Assembly: GCA_963823065.1 (NCBI GenBank)
Contig: CAWGJX010000004.1
Location: 1,280,139-1,344,138, forward strand
Length of the DNA: 64,000 nt
Direction: 5' to 3'
Source: an uncultured Bacteroidales bacterium
Lineage (GTDB): Bacteria > Bacteroidota > Bacteroidia > Bacteroidales > VadinHA17
Shown here: piece by piece, positions 1-10,278 of the stretch
How the letters are laid out: each line of letters opens with the position of its first letter
Numbering within the stretch: position 1 is the first letter of the stretch
The notes under the pieces: generated by a model
The model's database searches: none
Seen by the model: the letters and a program-made list of their open reading frames with translations, nothing else
Told to the model about the DNA's origin: nothing
Translations under genes and position numbers: made by a program

Positions 1-1
1 T

Positions 2-1622
2 TTTGCACAAGCTGCTATAGGAGAGAATGACTATATTACCCTTGAAAACAATCTTCTTGAATTAAAGATCTCGCCTAAAGGCGGAAGAGTATATTCTGCA
101 CGGTTAAAAAAATACAAGACTTTTGATGGGAAACCACTTATATTATTTTCCGGCGACTCAACAGTTTTTGGTTTTAATTTTTTCACTTCAGACAATAAAG
201 CTGTCCAGACTGACAACCTGTATTTCAAACCTTTAACAGATCAAAAGGTTTATACAGTTACTTCAACACCCGAAAGTGTCGTTTTAAGATTATCAGCCGG
301 CGATGATAAGTATATTGAGTATACATATACTCTTTCCCCTGATAAATACATGGTTGATTTTAATGTTACTTTCAAATCTATGGAAGGCATTATAGCTTCA
401 AACCAGAACAGTCTGACTTTAGACTGGAAGATGTTAATACCTCAGCAAGAGAAAGGCAGGCAAAATGAAGAAACATACTGTATAGTAAATTATAAATACT
501 ATCAGGATGATGTTGACGCACTGGGAAAGCGTCAGTCAAAAGAGCTTATGAAGACCGATATTACGACAAAACTCAGATGGGTTTCATTTCAGGACCAGTT
601 TTTTTCGTCCATCATAATTGCAAATGACTATTTTCTGAATGCTTCCCTCAGTTCAACAAAAACATTAACATCTAAAAAATATCTGAGATATTATACTGCT
701 GAAGTTGGAGTTCCATATGGCGCAGGATCTTCCAACGCTATGAATATGAGATTATATTTTGGGCCCAATTCAATCCCGATTCTTAAAAAAGATGGGATGC
801 AGCTCGAGAAGGTTGTTTTCCTTGGTGCGAATATAATAGGATGGATCAACAGATTCGCTATCATTCCAATCTTTAACTGGCTCAATCGACTTCATTGGGA
901 ATTATGGTATAATCATCCTTATTCTGACTCTTATTATTAAGATAGTTCTTTTCCCGCTGACGTTTAAATCATATCAATCGCAGGCTAAGATGCAGGTACT
1001 TAAGCCTATGGTCGAAGAGCTTGGAAAAAAGTTTCCCAAGAAAGAAGATGCGATGAAAAAGCAACAGGCTACTATGGATTTGTATAAGAGGGCAGGAGTT
1101 AACCCAATGGGGGGATGTCTTCCTATGCTTCTTCAGATGCCAATTCTCTTCGCCATGTTCAGGTTCTTCCCTGTTTCAATAGAATTGCGTCAGGAGCATT
1201 TCCTTTGGGCCACTGACCTGTCGACTTACGATTCAATACTTAATCTTCCGTTCACGATACCTATGTATGGAAACCATGTTAGTCTTTTTACCCTGTTAAT
1301 GACTGCATCAACTCTGATGACGATGAAGATGACAGGTTCTTCCCCGGGGTCAGATCAGCCTGGTATGAAGATGATGATGTATATGATGCCGATCATGTTT
1401 ATGCTTATTCTGAATAATTTTTCGGCTGGTCTTACTTATTACTATTTCCTGGCAAATATGCTGACCTATGCTCAGAACATGATCTCAAAAAGATTTATTG
1501 ATTCAAATGCGGTCCTTGCCACTCTGGAGCAAAATAAGAAGAAGCCACTTCAAAAATCGAAGTGGCAGCAGCGCCTTGAAGCCGCTGCGAAACAGAGAGG
1601 CATCAATCCTCCTAAAAAATAA
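2..1622 (+). pseudogene. yidC: Membrane protein insertase YidC. The 5' end lies outside the window. The frame is broken by a 1-nt indel at the GGG run 897-899, giving fragments 2-940 and 900-1622.
   Basis: Frame 2 is open from the window edge into ORF 350-940. From nt 900, frame 0 reads NYGIIILILTLIIKIVLFPLTFKSYQSQAKM and runs into ORF 990-1622, which has the YidC/Oxa1 core (GVNPMGGCLPMLLQMPILFAMFRFF). Confidence 0.85.
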
Positions 1623-1644
1623 TCACTGTTTGATTTTATATAAA

Positions 1645-1672
1645 GGCTGTCTCAATGAGGCAGCCTTTTTTA
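1645..1672 (+). terminator. Rho-independent terminator candidate after yidC
   Basis: GGCTGTCTC-AATGA-GGCAGCC hairpin followed by TTTTTTATT, about 20 nt after the yidC stop. Confidence 0.6.
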
Positions 1673-1884
1673 TTGATTTACTTCACCCTAAATCCTGCTC
1701 ATTAATCTATTCTTTGTACACATCTTTTAAAATCTCCTACATCAGCTGCACATGATGAACTCACCCCCTTCCCCATAGCCTTCAATTTAAGGAGTTGAAT
1801 ATAGTAAAACATGGAGAGAGATTAGTACAAAACAGAACGTATAGTACTGACATATAGCCTGATACATTTACCCTCCTTCAAAAG

Positions 1885-2711
1885 CTAATCTTTATACACA
1901 TCTTTGGCAATTCTGTTTTATAAGCCACGAAGTGGCTTAATATGAATAACCCCTGGCGTCAGCCGGGGTACAGCTAACCCTCTGATCTCAAGCCCTGAAA
2001 GGGCTTAATATAATTCGAATTAATAAAGTAAATGAGTAATTTATTCTTCTCTCGCTACATTAATAGTTTAAAATTTGTTTTATGTCAAGCTATCGTCAAC
2101 ATCTTTATCATATTGTTTTCAGGACAAAGGACAGCCTGTCCACTATCAGACAGAATCATTCTAATGAACTCTATTCTTATATTACGGGGATAATCAGGCA
2201 AAAAAATAGTCACCTTTACCGTATAAATGGAGTTGAAAATCATCTTCATATTCTTACAGATATGAATCCATCGATTGCTCCTATAGATTTTGTGAAGGAC
2301 ATAAAGGTATCTTCCTCAATTTGGATTAAAAAAAACAATTTATTTCCTGCATTTAATGGATGGGCAGTTGGCTATGGTTCTTTTACCTGCTCATATAAGG
2401 ACATAGACAGGCTAATTGAATACATAATGAATCAACAGGAGCATCATCAAAAAATATCATTTGAGGATGAGTATAGAAAACTTCTACTGGAATACGGCAT
2501 AAAGCCAGATGAAAAGTTTTTCCCACAACTTATATATTCAGCTCCTTCAGAGCTGGGAAGTTTTTGGTAGACATCTACCCATGGCTGGCGCCAGGGGTTA
2601 TTCATATTTGGCTCTTTCAGAGCCAGCTGGAATAATAATTGAAGAGTATGTTATCAGGACTCAAAATGACGGAGTAAATTCGAAATTTTAAAAGATGTGT
2701 ATAAAGATTAG
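1885..2711. mobile_element. 827-bp unit with TIRs and a TSD that carries the HUH/Y1 gene
   Basis: CTAATCTTTATACACATCTTT at 1885-1905 is the exact reverse complement of 2691-2711. Identical 8-bp direct repeats TTCAAAAG lie at 1877-1884 and 2712-2719. Confidence 0.6.
2082..2570 (+). CDS. HUH/Y1 tyrosine transposase, REP-associated (RAYT) / IS200-like
   Basis: 162 aa. The HUH motif HLH is at residues 54-56, and the catalytic Tyr context is EYIMNQQEHH. The gene is flanked by inverted copies of CGCCAGGGGTTATTCATATT plus small hairpins. Confidence 0.8.
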   Translation: MSSYRQHLYHIVFRTKDSLSTIRQNHSNELYSYITGIIRQKNSHLYRINGVENHLHILTDMNPSIAPIDFVKDIKVSSSIWIKKNNLFPAFNGWAVGYGSFTCSYKDIDRLIEYIMNQQEHHQKISFEDEYRKLLLEYGIKPDEKFFPQLIYSAPSELGSFW

Positions 2712-3095
2712 TTCAAAAGGAGGGGAAACTTTTTTATGCAATATTTCATTCATTCCCAAAGCTTAAGTTGATGGCTATGGGGAATGGGGTGAGTATGTAA
2801 GTCCAAATGAACAGAACGAAGTGAGCTCGGCGAAGCCAAATTTCCGATCGTGAAAATGCGTCAAAAGATTGGCTCAGGGAGAATGGGTAGGGGTTGAGGT
2901 AAAAGAAAGACTACAAATCCATTAAACTCATGTCAGAGAGTAATAGGGTAACCTCAGTCGATAATGGTCTGATAGGTGGAGCCGAATTAAGTCATGGATT
3001 CCGACAGTAAATAGTTATTTAAAGTTAAAAATTATTAAAATTTATATCGGGATTCAAAAAAAGAACTAAATTTATTTCTTCCAATCAAAGGGGAA

Positions 3096-4121
3096 ATGGG
3101 AAAAAAATTCAAGAACAAAGATTTAGCCAATAGACTTGGCGTTTCCGGTACGTTAGTATCACTCGTACTGAATAATAAAGCTGATCAGCAGGGAATCCGG
3201 AAGGATACCCAGGAAAAAGTTCTTATGCTGGCACGACAAATGGGCTACTATGAAGCTCTTCGGGACAAGAGTGAACCTTTACCTACTGAAGAGAAACCGG
3301 GGGTACTGGCTATGATAGTTCCCTCAATAAATGACCCGTTTGTAATTCAGATAACACCTTATCTGCAGAAAGCTTTTTCCAGTATTGGCGTTGGATTCTC
3401 AATTGTAACACGGGATCCTGATGACCAGCGATATGACAGGCTCATCGGAGCATTCAAAAAGTTCTATAGCGGGTTTATACTCCTTGGTGATGCTGCAGAT
3501 GATGGCACTATAAGATCATTAAGAACAACCGATTACCCATTTGTCCTGCTGGAAAAACCCTTAAAAACATTGAGACTCAACACAGTTAACACGGATACTG
3601 TTGCGGGTGCCCAACTTATAGTAAATCACCTGAATAAGCTTGGATATAAGAACATTATTATTGTATCTGATCAGAAGTGTTCAAGTACAGCTATTGATGA
3701 TGTTATAAAAGCCATTGACCAGAAACCTGAACTCAACAAACCGGTTATTGTTGAATTAAATAAAGTCAATGCCGGTAATGAAATAGATTCCCTGGAATTT
3801 GAGAAATTCCTCAGACCTCCATACAGAGCTGATGCAATGATTATTATGAATGCCAGCCTTGTATATCCGATAATGAGCTTATTAAGAAGGATGAAGCTGC
3901 GTGTACCTCAGGATATAGCTGTTGTTTCGATGGAAGAAGGTACCGGTTTCGACCTTATGTTTTCCCCTGTAACGTGTTTGCGTAAACCTCTTTCAGGTAT
4001 TTCTACAAAGGTGGCAAACATGATATGGTCAGAAGTAAAAAATTCAGGAAAAGGGAAATTTAAACGTCAGGTAAACATGTCACCCGAATTAATTGTTAGA
4101 AATTCCTGCGGCACTATTTAG
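3096..4121 (+). CDS. LacI family transcriptional regulator
   Basis: N-terminal HTH (KDLANRLGVSGTLVSLVLNN) followed by a periplasmic-binding-protein-like sugar-binding fold of typical length (341 aa). Confidence 0.8.
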   Translation: MGKKFKNKDLANRLGVSGTLVSLVLNNKADQQGIRKDTQEKVLMLARQMGYYEALRDKSEPLPTEEKPGVLAMIVPSINDPFVIQITPYLQKAFSSIGVGFSIVTRDPDDQRYDRLIGAFKKFYSGFILLGDAADDGTIRSLRTTDYPFVLLEKPLKTLRLNTVNTDTVAGAQLIVNHLNKLGYKNIIIVSDQKCSSTAIDDVIKAIDQKPELNKPVIVELNKVNAGNEIDSLEFEKFLRPPYRADAMIIMNASLVYPIMSLLRRMKLRVPQDIAVVSMEEGTGFDLMFSPVTCLRKPLSGISTKVANMIWSEVKNSGKGKFKRQVNMSPELIVRNSCGTI

Positions 4122-4245
4122 ATATATCTGGCAACATATGTTCCTGAGAAGAAAAAATGATAATAAAAACAGGCATCATTTAGATGTATTTCTTGTAGAG
4201 ACAGGTTTCATACCTGTCTCTGCTGCTAAATATATCATTACTGTA

Positions 4246-6835
4246 ATGGCATTAATTATTATGCTGTTTTCGTCATGTACCCCCAATCACCTTATTACAA
4301 ACAATAATTACCTGGTATTAACTGAAAATGCTTTTAATCAACGAAAACAAACAGCAGTTGGCAGAGATTCTGCTCTTTTTACAGTTTTTCATCAGAACCT
4401 TTCAGTAAAACAAACCGAAGCTTTAAAGTTTCTTTACGCTTTCATGCCATTGAGCGATCTGGCTGATTACAATGGAGACTTTTTCCTTGCCAATGTTAAT
4501 GTATCTCTGAAAACACGTTCTCTGGCGAGATGGGGAAAGGAGATCCCTGAAGAAATTTTCCTGCATTATGTATTACCTCCACGAATTAATAATGAGAATC
4601 TTGACTCATTCAGAATAAAATATTATGATGAACTCACAGAGAGAATAAAGGGGAAAGATCTCAGGGAAGCAGCTCTGGAAATCAATCATTGGTGCCATGA
4701 AAAGGTAAGTTATCAGCCATCTGATGACAGGACTTCGGCCCCGATAAGCACGATACTCTCTGCACGTGGCAGGTGCGGTGAAGAATCAACTTTTACAGTT
4801 GCCGCTCTCAGAACAGCAGGCATACCGGCACGACAAGTTTATACTCCACGATGGGCACACACTGATGACAACCATGCCTGGGTCGAAATTTGGTTTAATG
4901 GAGATTGGTACTATATGGGCGCATGCGAACCTGAACCTGTACTTGACCTCGGATGGTTTACTGAACCGGCAAGAAGAGCAATGCTTGTACATACAAAATC
5001 CTTTGGGGCATCAAGTGGAACCGAAGATGTTATAAACAGTAATAATTTCTTCTCCGATATTAACAATCTTAAAAAATATGCCATAACAAAGAAAATCATT
5101 GTTAAGGTGCTTGACGGATCAGATAAGCCCGTAAATAATGCAGAAGTGGAGTACCAGCTTTATAATTATGCCGAGTTTTATCCTCTGGCTGTAGTTCCTA
5201 CCAATGAATCGGGTTTAAGTCAGTTTGAAACGGGGCTGGGCGATTTAGTAATCTGGGCACACAAAGATGAGAATTTTGCTTTTCAGAAAATATCAGTCGG
5301 TGAAACGGATACTTTAGTATTAAAACTGAATAAAGAACTGACATCGAAAAACAGTTTTGATATGGATCTTGAAGTACCTATAGTAAGATCACCACTTCCC
5401 GGTCCACCGCCTGAGCTTGTTGAGCAGAATTCAGAGAGAATAAAGAAAGAGAATATTAATCCGACAGGCATATATAGATTCCTGGATTAAACCATCAGAA
5501 GAAAGACAAATAGCCGAATCTCTTAAATGCGATACAGCAAAAGTGTTGAATGCAATTACCAGAAGTATGGGTAATTATAAAGAAATAATTGAGTTTTTAG
5601 CTGAAACACCTGATTCATTACGAACGCATGCAATGTCTTTGCTGGAAATTCTGACCGATAAGGATATGAGGGATATTAAAAGAAACATCCTGAGAGATCA
5701 TTTATATAATTGTCATCTTCCTGATGAGACTTTACCAGGCAATTTATTTACAGAAGATGTATATAATCCCAGGGTAGCTAATGAAATGTTGGTTCCATGG
5801 AGACATTATTTCTTAACAAAGCTGCCGCCCGAATTGCTGCGGAACGGAAACAGCAATCCGGCATTAATAGTGAAGTATGTCGATGAAAGTATCAGAATTG
5901 ACAAAGAGCAAAATTATTATGGAACACCTTTAAGCCCGATAGGAGTAGATGAACTCAAAATATCAGATAACGCTTCACGTGCAATTTACTTTGTAGCAAT
6001 ATGTCGTAGTCTTGGCATCGCCTCCAGGCTTGAACCAGGACGAAGAATCCCTCAATATTATTTTAATAATAAATGGAATGATGTTTATTTCTCCGGCCAG
6101 AAACAACCTGATCAGAATAAAGGCTTTATAAAACTTTATTCATCTGACACTGATCCGGTTCCTGAATATTATATACAATTTACACTTGCACATTTCGAAG
6201 GCGGGCGATATAATACCCTGGAATATGACTTCAATAGAAAGATTACTGATTTTAAGGACGAAATGGAGCTCCCTCCCGGGAAATATATGCTCGTTACAGG
6301 GAACAGATTAAGTGATAGCAGGATATTATCAAATATCACTTTTTTTGATCTTTCAGAAAATGAACATAAAACTATTGAAGTAAAAATAAGGAAGGATAAA
6401 ACAGAGAAAAAATCAATTGGGAAAATTGACCTGGATAAGATTTATAAGATCGCTGGTAATTCGGATATTTCTCAATCGTGTACAAAACATAATGGGCTGG
6501 TTGTCATATGGATGGATCCGGAGAAAGAACCAACAAAACATATTTTTAATGATCTCCCTAACCTTAAAACGGAATTGGACACGTGGGGTGGAAATTTCAT
6601 ATTTCTACAGCAATCAGAATCCTTTAATATGAAGAATGTCAAAGGACTTCCCGCGAATTCAACTTTTGGAGTTGATAATCAAATGACTGTTTTAAAGAAT
6701 AATGTCAGATTCAATCAGCCAACAGATATTAGTTTACCTTTTGTAGTTGTTGCCGATAAGGCTGGAAATATATATTTCGTTTCGTCTGGTTATAGAATAG
6801 GCATCGGTGAACAGATCTTAAAATATATCAGATAA
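4246..6835 (+). pseudogene. Transglutaminase-like domain lipoprotein, split by a 1-nt indel near 5459-5462 (ORFs 4093-5490 and 5543-6835)
   Basis: Lipoprotein signal MALIIMLFSSC at 4246. Transglutaminase core RGRCGEES...HAWVEIW...D. Frame 2 is open from 5444 and reads RQAYIDSWIKPSEERQIAESL into the second ORF. Confidence 0.7.
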
Positions 6836-6844
6836 TCTCTGTGT

Positions 6845-6868
6845 AGGGAACGGTCGCGACCGTTCCCT
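6845..6868 (+). terminator. Terminator-like perfect palindrome
   Basis: AGGGAACGGTCG/CGACCGTTCCCT lies 10 nt after the stop at 6835. Only a weak T-rich tail follows. Confidence 0.45.
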
Positions 6869-6969
6869 GCATATTATTTCGCGACCATCAATTACATATT
6901 TGTTAACAAATGTTGATATCTGACCTTAAGCTATCACCGTCAGGAAAATAAAATCTCTTATATTTGTTA

Positions 6970-7170
6970 TGTTTTGGTGTTGCAGTGAATTTTATGGCAC
7001 TGCAATGAAAAGGGAATGCGGTTTGAATCCGCAACAGTACCCGCTGCTGTGAAGCCCGGTCCCGCATTGCGCGGGATGATGGTTTTCTGAAATACCTGCC
7101 ACTGTTCCGATGAATTAGAATGGGAAGGCTTCAGAAAACCGGGATAAGTCAGAAGACCTGCCAGATAAAC
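6970..7170 (+). promoter_or_regulatory. Cobalamin (B12) riboswitch
   Basis: Core AAAAGGGAATGCGGTTTGAATCCGCAACAGTACCCGCTGCTGTGAAG, then GCCACTG, then the B12 box AGTCAGAAGACCTGCC at 7147-7162. It lies directly upstream of a TonB-dependent receptor gene. Confidence 0.85.
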
Positions 7171-7248
7171 CTAATATTCAATGCTTTCGGGAAAAAAAGC
7201 GCCGGATCATAACAGATTCCCACGTAAATACCCAGTAAACGCTGAATA

Positions 7249-9216
7249 TTGAACATACGGGCTGTATATGTAATTGGTAAAACCCTTTATGAAGTGACCT
7301 GCCATCGAAATATCATACCCGGTCTGAGAAATATTGTATTATATTTTACTGTACTTCTTATTACTATGCCCCTGCTTGGCCAGCGAATAAAAGGTAACGA
7401 TACGATTAAAATCAAAGAGGTTGTTATCAGCAGGAAAATTAACGCTACCGATGACGCAGGATTTAAAAAGTCTGTTATAGATACTACAATTCTAAAAGAA
7501 TACAGCAACAGAACTCTTTCGGAGATGCTTTCAGGCACCTCAACGATCTTTTTGAAAAGTTATGGTATGGGCGGAACTGCTACCCCCTCATTCCGGGGTA
7601 CAAGTGCCAGTCAGACACTGTTAGAATGGAACGGGATCAAAATAAATAACCCCATGTTAGGACAATCCGATCTTTCCTTAATACCTGTTGGTCTTATTGA
7701 TGATGTCCAGGTTTTATATGGTGGAGCTTCTATGGTTTTAAATAATGGAGGTATTGGTGGGGCAATCAATCTTGAGAATAAGCCTGTATGGAAAAAAGGA
7801 ATAACGGCTTCAATGAACGCCGGGATGGGCAGCTTTGGAGAATATTCCGGGTTTGGGAAAATAAAAATCGGAAACCTGCACTTTCAATCGGTTACAAAAG
7901 CTTTTTTCCTGACTTCAGAAAATGATTTCAAATTTCTTAACTCCGAATCAATATTACAAACCAGAAATAATAGTCAGGTAAGTCAGAAAGAATTGACACA
8001 GGAGGTCTATTTAAAGAAAGATGATAACATAGCATCAGCCAGAATATGGTACCAGTCATCAAACAGACATCTCCCTCCGGCTTTGTTGTCGCAGGATTTG
8101 ATTGAAAAACAATTCGATGAATCTTTAAGGGTAATGATTGATGACAATCTGAGAAAAGGGAAAAACAATTACTTTGTTACAGGAGCATTTTTATCTGACA
8201 GATTAAATTATACAAGCCAGGTAGCTAAGATCGATTCAAAAAACCTTTCTGAAACATTCATTATTAAGGCTGGAAGAGAGACCCGGTTTAGTGAATATAC
8301 AAAGTTTAAAATCACTGTGGAAAATGAATTAAGTACAGTCAATTCGAATAATTACAGTCATTTTCAGGAACGAAATAATGCTACAATGACTGCTTATCTT
8401 GAAAGGGCTTGCATTGGCAGGTTTGGACTCACTGTTCTTTTGCGTGAAATATTGAACAGACAGACACTTCTATTACCTGATTTTTCAACAGGACTTCAAT
8501 TCAGGCTTATCAACTACAGTGATTATTATTTGAAAGCAAATTTCTCAAGAAATTCACGAATTCCAACAATGAATGATCTGTTCTGGCCTTATGTTGGTAA
8601 TCCGGATCTGAAAAACGAATATTCGTACAATTCAGAGCTCACCTATGAAATGAATCAAAAAGCTTCGTCCCGTTTGAATATTAAGTCGGATCTCGCGGTT
8701 TTTCACAATTCTATTAAGGACATGATACTCTGGCATTCGGAAGGAAATACCCTCAAAGTTGATAATATCAGCAGTGTAAAAACTGCAGGTCTTGAATCAA
8801 GCCTCTCCATGATCTATTCAATAAATAAATTCAGTGCACAGCTAAATGCCGGATATTCTTTCACAAAGGCAACTAATTTATCCACAGGAAAGCAGCTTAT
8901 TTATGTTCCTGAAAATCAGGCTACCGGGGCAATCAGGTTAGCATTCAGAAATTTTTATTCTTTATTTGATGCAAACCTTGTCGGAATCAGATACCTTACA
9001 ACAGACAACTCAGACAATCTTCCAGGCCAGGACTATTTGCCAACTTATATCCTTAATAACATAATGGTTGGCATGAAATTGCCTATAAATGACACCTCAA
9101 TCGATATCGATTTTAGTATTGAAAATCTTTTTGATATAAATTATCAGTCAATTTCGCAATACCCCTTGCCAGGGCGTTCATACCTTATTAAAATTCTCTT
9201 TCAGCTTATAAAGTAA
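7249..9216 (+). CDS. btuB: TonB-dependent receptor, BtuB-like
   Basis: Plug domain motifs (LSEMLSGTSTIFLKSYG, PSFRGTSASQTLLEWNGIKIN), a beta-barrel and a C-terminal aromatic end. It is controlled by the B12 riboswitch. The true start is probably downstream of the TTG at 7249. Confidence 0.8.
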   Translation: MNIRAVYVIGKTLYEVTCHRNIIPGLRNIVLYFTVLLITMPLLGQRIKGNDTIKIKEVVISRKINATDDAGFKKSVIDTTILKEYSNRTLSEMLSGTSTIFLKSYGMGGTATPSFRGTSASQTLLEWNGIKINNPMLGQSDLSLIPVGLIDDVQVLYGGASMVLNNGGIGGAINLENKPVWKKGITASMNAGMGSFGEYSGFGKIKIGNLHFQSVTKAFFLTSENDFKFLNSESILQTRNNSQVSQKELTQEVYLKKDDNIASARIWYQSSNRHLPPALLSQDLIEKQFDESLRVMIDDNLRKGKNNYFVTGAFLSDRLNYTSQVAKIDSKNLSETFIIKAGRETRFSEYTKFKITVENELSTVNSNNYSHFQERNNATMTAYLERACIGRFGLTVLLREILNRQTLLLPDFSTGLQFRLINYSDYYLKANFSRNSRIPTMNDLFWPYVGNPDLKNEYSYNSELTYEMNQKASSRLNIKSDLAVFHNSIKDMILWHSEGNTLKVDNISSVKTAGLESSLSMIYSINKFSAQLNAGYSFTKATNLSTGKQLIYVPENQATGAIRLAFRNFYSLFDANLVGIRYLTTDNSDNLPGQDYLPTYILNNIMVGMKLPINDTSIDIDFSIENLFDINYQSISQYPLPGRSYLIKILFQLIK

Positions 9217-9223
9217 CCTCAGT

Positions 9224-10264
9224 ATGAAAAATATTATAAAAATCTTTGTGCTCTTTTTAGTCGTAGTCGTCTCCTGTAAAAAGGCAAAAGACCTTCCTCA
9301 ACAAAACTATACGCTTAGCGGAGGTTTCTTCATTGTCAACGAAGGCAATTTCAGAGGAGGCAATGGGTCTCTTTCTTTCTATTCATATGATTCATCAAAA
9401 ATTTCCAACAACCTTTTCTCTTCTGTAAACAAAAGACCACTTGGGGATGTACCTTATTCAATGACTATCAATGAGGCTAAAGCATATATTGTCGTGAATA
9501 ATTCAGGAAAGATTGAAGTGATAGATGCAACTACACTGGTTTCGAAAAGTACAATTACAGGACTTATCTCTCCAAGGTATATGGCAATTGTAAATAGTAG
9601 CAAGGCCTATGTAACCAGCCTGTATTCTGATTCTGTAACCATAATAAATCTTGCCACAAATTCAATCTCAGGTTACATCAACTTACGGAGGACATCCGAA
9701 GCCATTGCTGTGCTGGATAATAAGGCATATGTCTCTAACTGGGCAGGAGGAAAAGAGATTATGGTTATTAATTCACTTACTGATAAGGTTTCAGATTCAA
9801 TTGAAGTCGGAAATGAACCTGAAAGCATGGTTTTTGATAAAAACAGGACTCTCTGGGTTCTTTGTAATGGTGGATGGACGAGAGAATATTTCGCTAAACT
9901 GATTCAGATAAATACTTCAACTGACAAAGTTCAGAATGAATATACGTTCCCTGGTAAACTGGCCTCACCAACATGTCTTAAAACAGATGCAACCGGACAA
10001 ACACTTTATTATCTCGATAATGGAGTAAACGTTATGGATATTAATCTCGGCAGATTACCGGTAACTGCTCTTATAGCTGATCCCGGGGCATCATATTATA
10101 AAATAGCGATCAATCCTTCTAATGGAGATATCCTGGTTACTGACGCTGGCGACTACACCCAGAGGGGCTATGTGTTACTCTATAAGCTTGATGGTACCTT
10201 AATTTCACAGGAAAAAGCCGACATAATTCCAGGCAACATGTGTTTTAAACTGAGAATAAATTGA
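9224..10264 (+). CDS. Surface lipoprotein, YncE-like beta-propeller (possible BtuG-type B12-capture protein)
   Basis: Lipobox VVVSCKK. Repeated blade-like strings (AYIVVNNSGKIEVIDATT, AYVTSLYSDSVTIINLAT, AYVSNWAGGKEIMVINSLT). Positioned between btuB and btuFCD. Confidence 0.55.
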   Translation: MKNIIKIFVLFLVVVVSCKKAKDLPQQNYTLSGGFFIVNEGNFRGGNGSLSFYSYDSSKISNNLFSSVNKRPLGDVPYSMTINEAKAYIVVNNSGKIEVIDATTLVSKSTITGLISPRYMAIVNSSKAYVTSLYSDSVTIINLATNSISGYINLRRTSEAIAVLDNKAYVSNWAGGKEIMVINSLTDKVSDSIEVGNEPESMVFDKNRTLWVLCNGGWTREYFAKLIQINTSTDKVQNEYTFPGKLASPTCLKTDATGQTLYYLDNGVNVMDINLGRLPVTALIADPGASYYKIAINPSNGDILVTDAGDYTQRGYVLLYKLDGTLISQEKADIIPGNMCFKLRIN

Positions 10265-10278
10265 AAAGGGCTTAGTAT

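Larger units (their letters stand above)
1774..2779. mobile_element. MITE-like palindromic element (same family as 28291-28461) split by a nested insertion
   Basis: The left arm 1774-1876 aligns with 28291 onward, and the right arm 2720-2779 aligns with the right end at 28461. The terminal inverted repeat is CATAGCCTTCAATTTAAGG / CTTAAGTTGATGGCTATG. Confidence 0.6.

Noticed and set aside
1498-2691. Short ORFs 1498-1755 and 2509-2691
   Set aside because: The first overlaps the yidC 3' end and terminator out of frame. The second reads through the REP-like hairpins flanking the RAYT gene. Neither has coding character.
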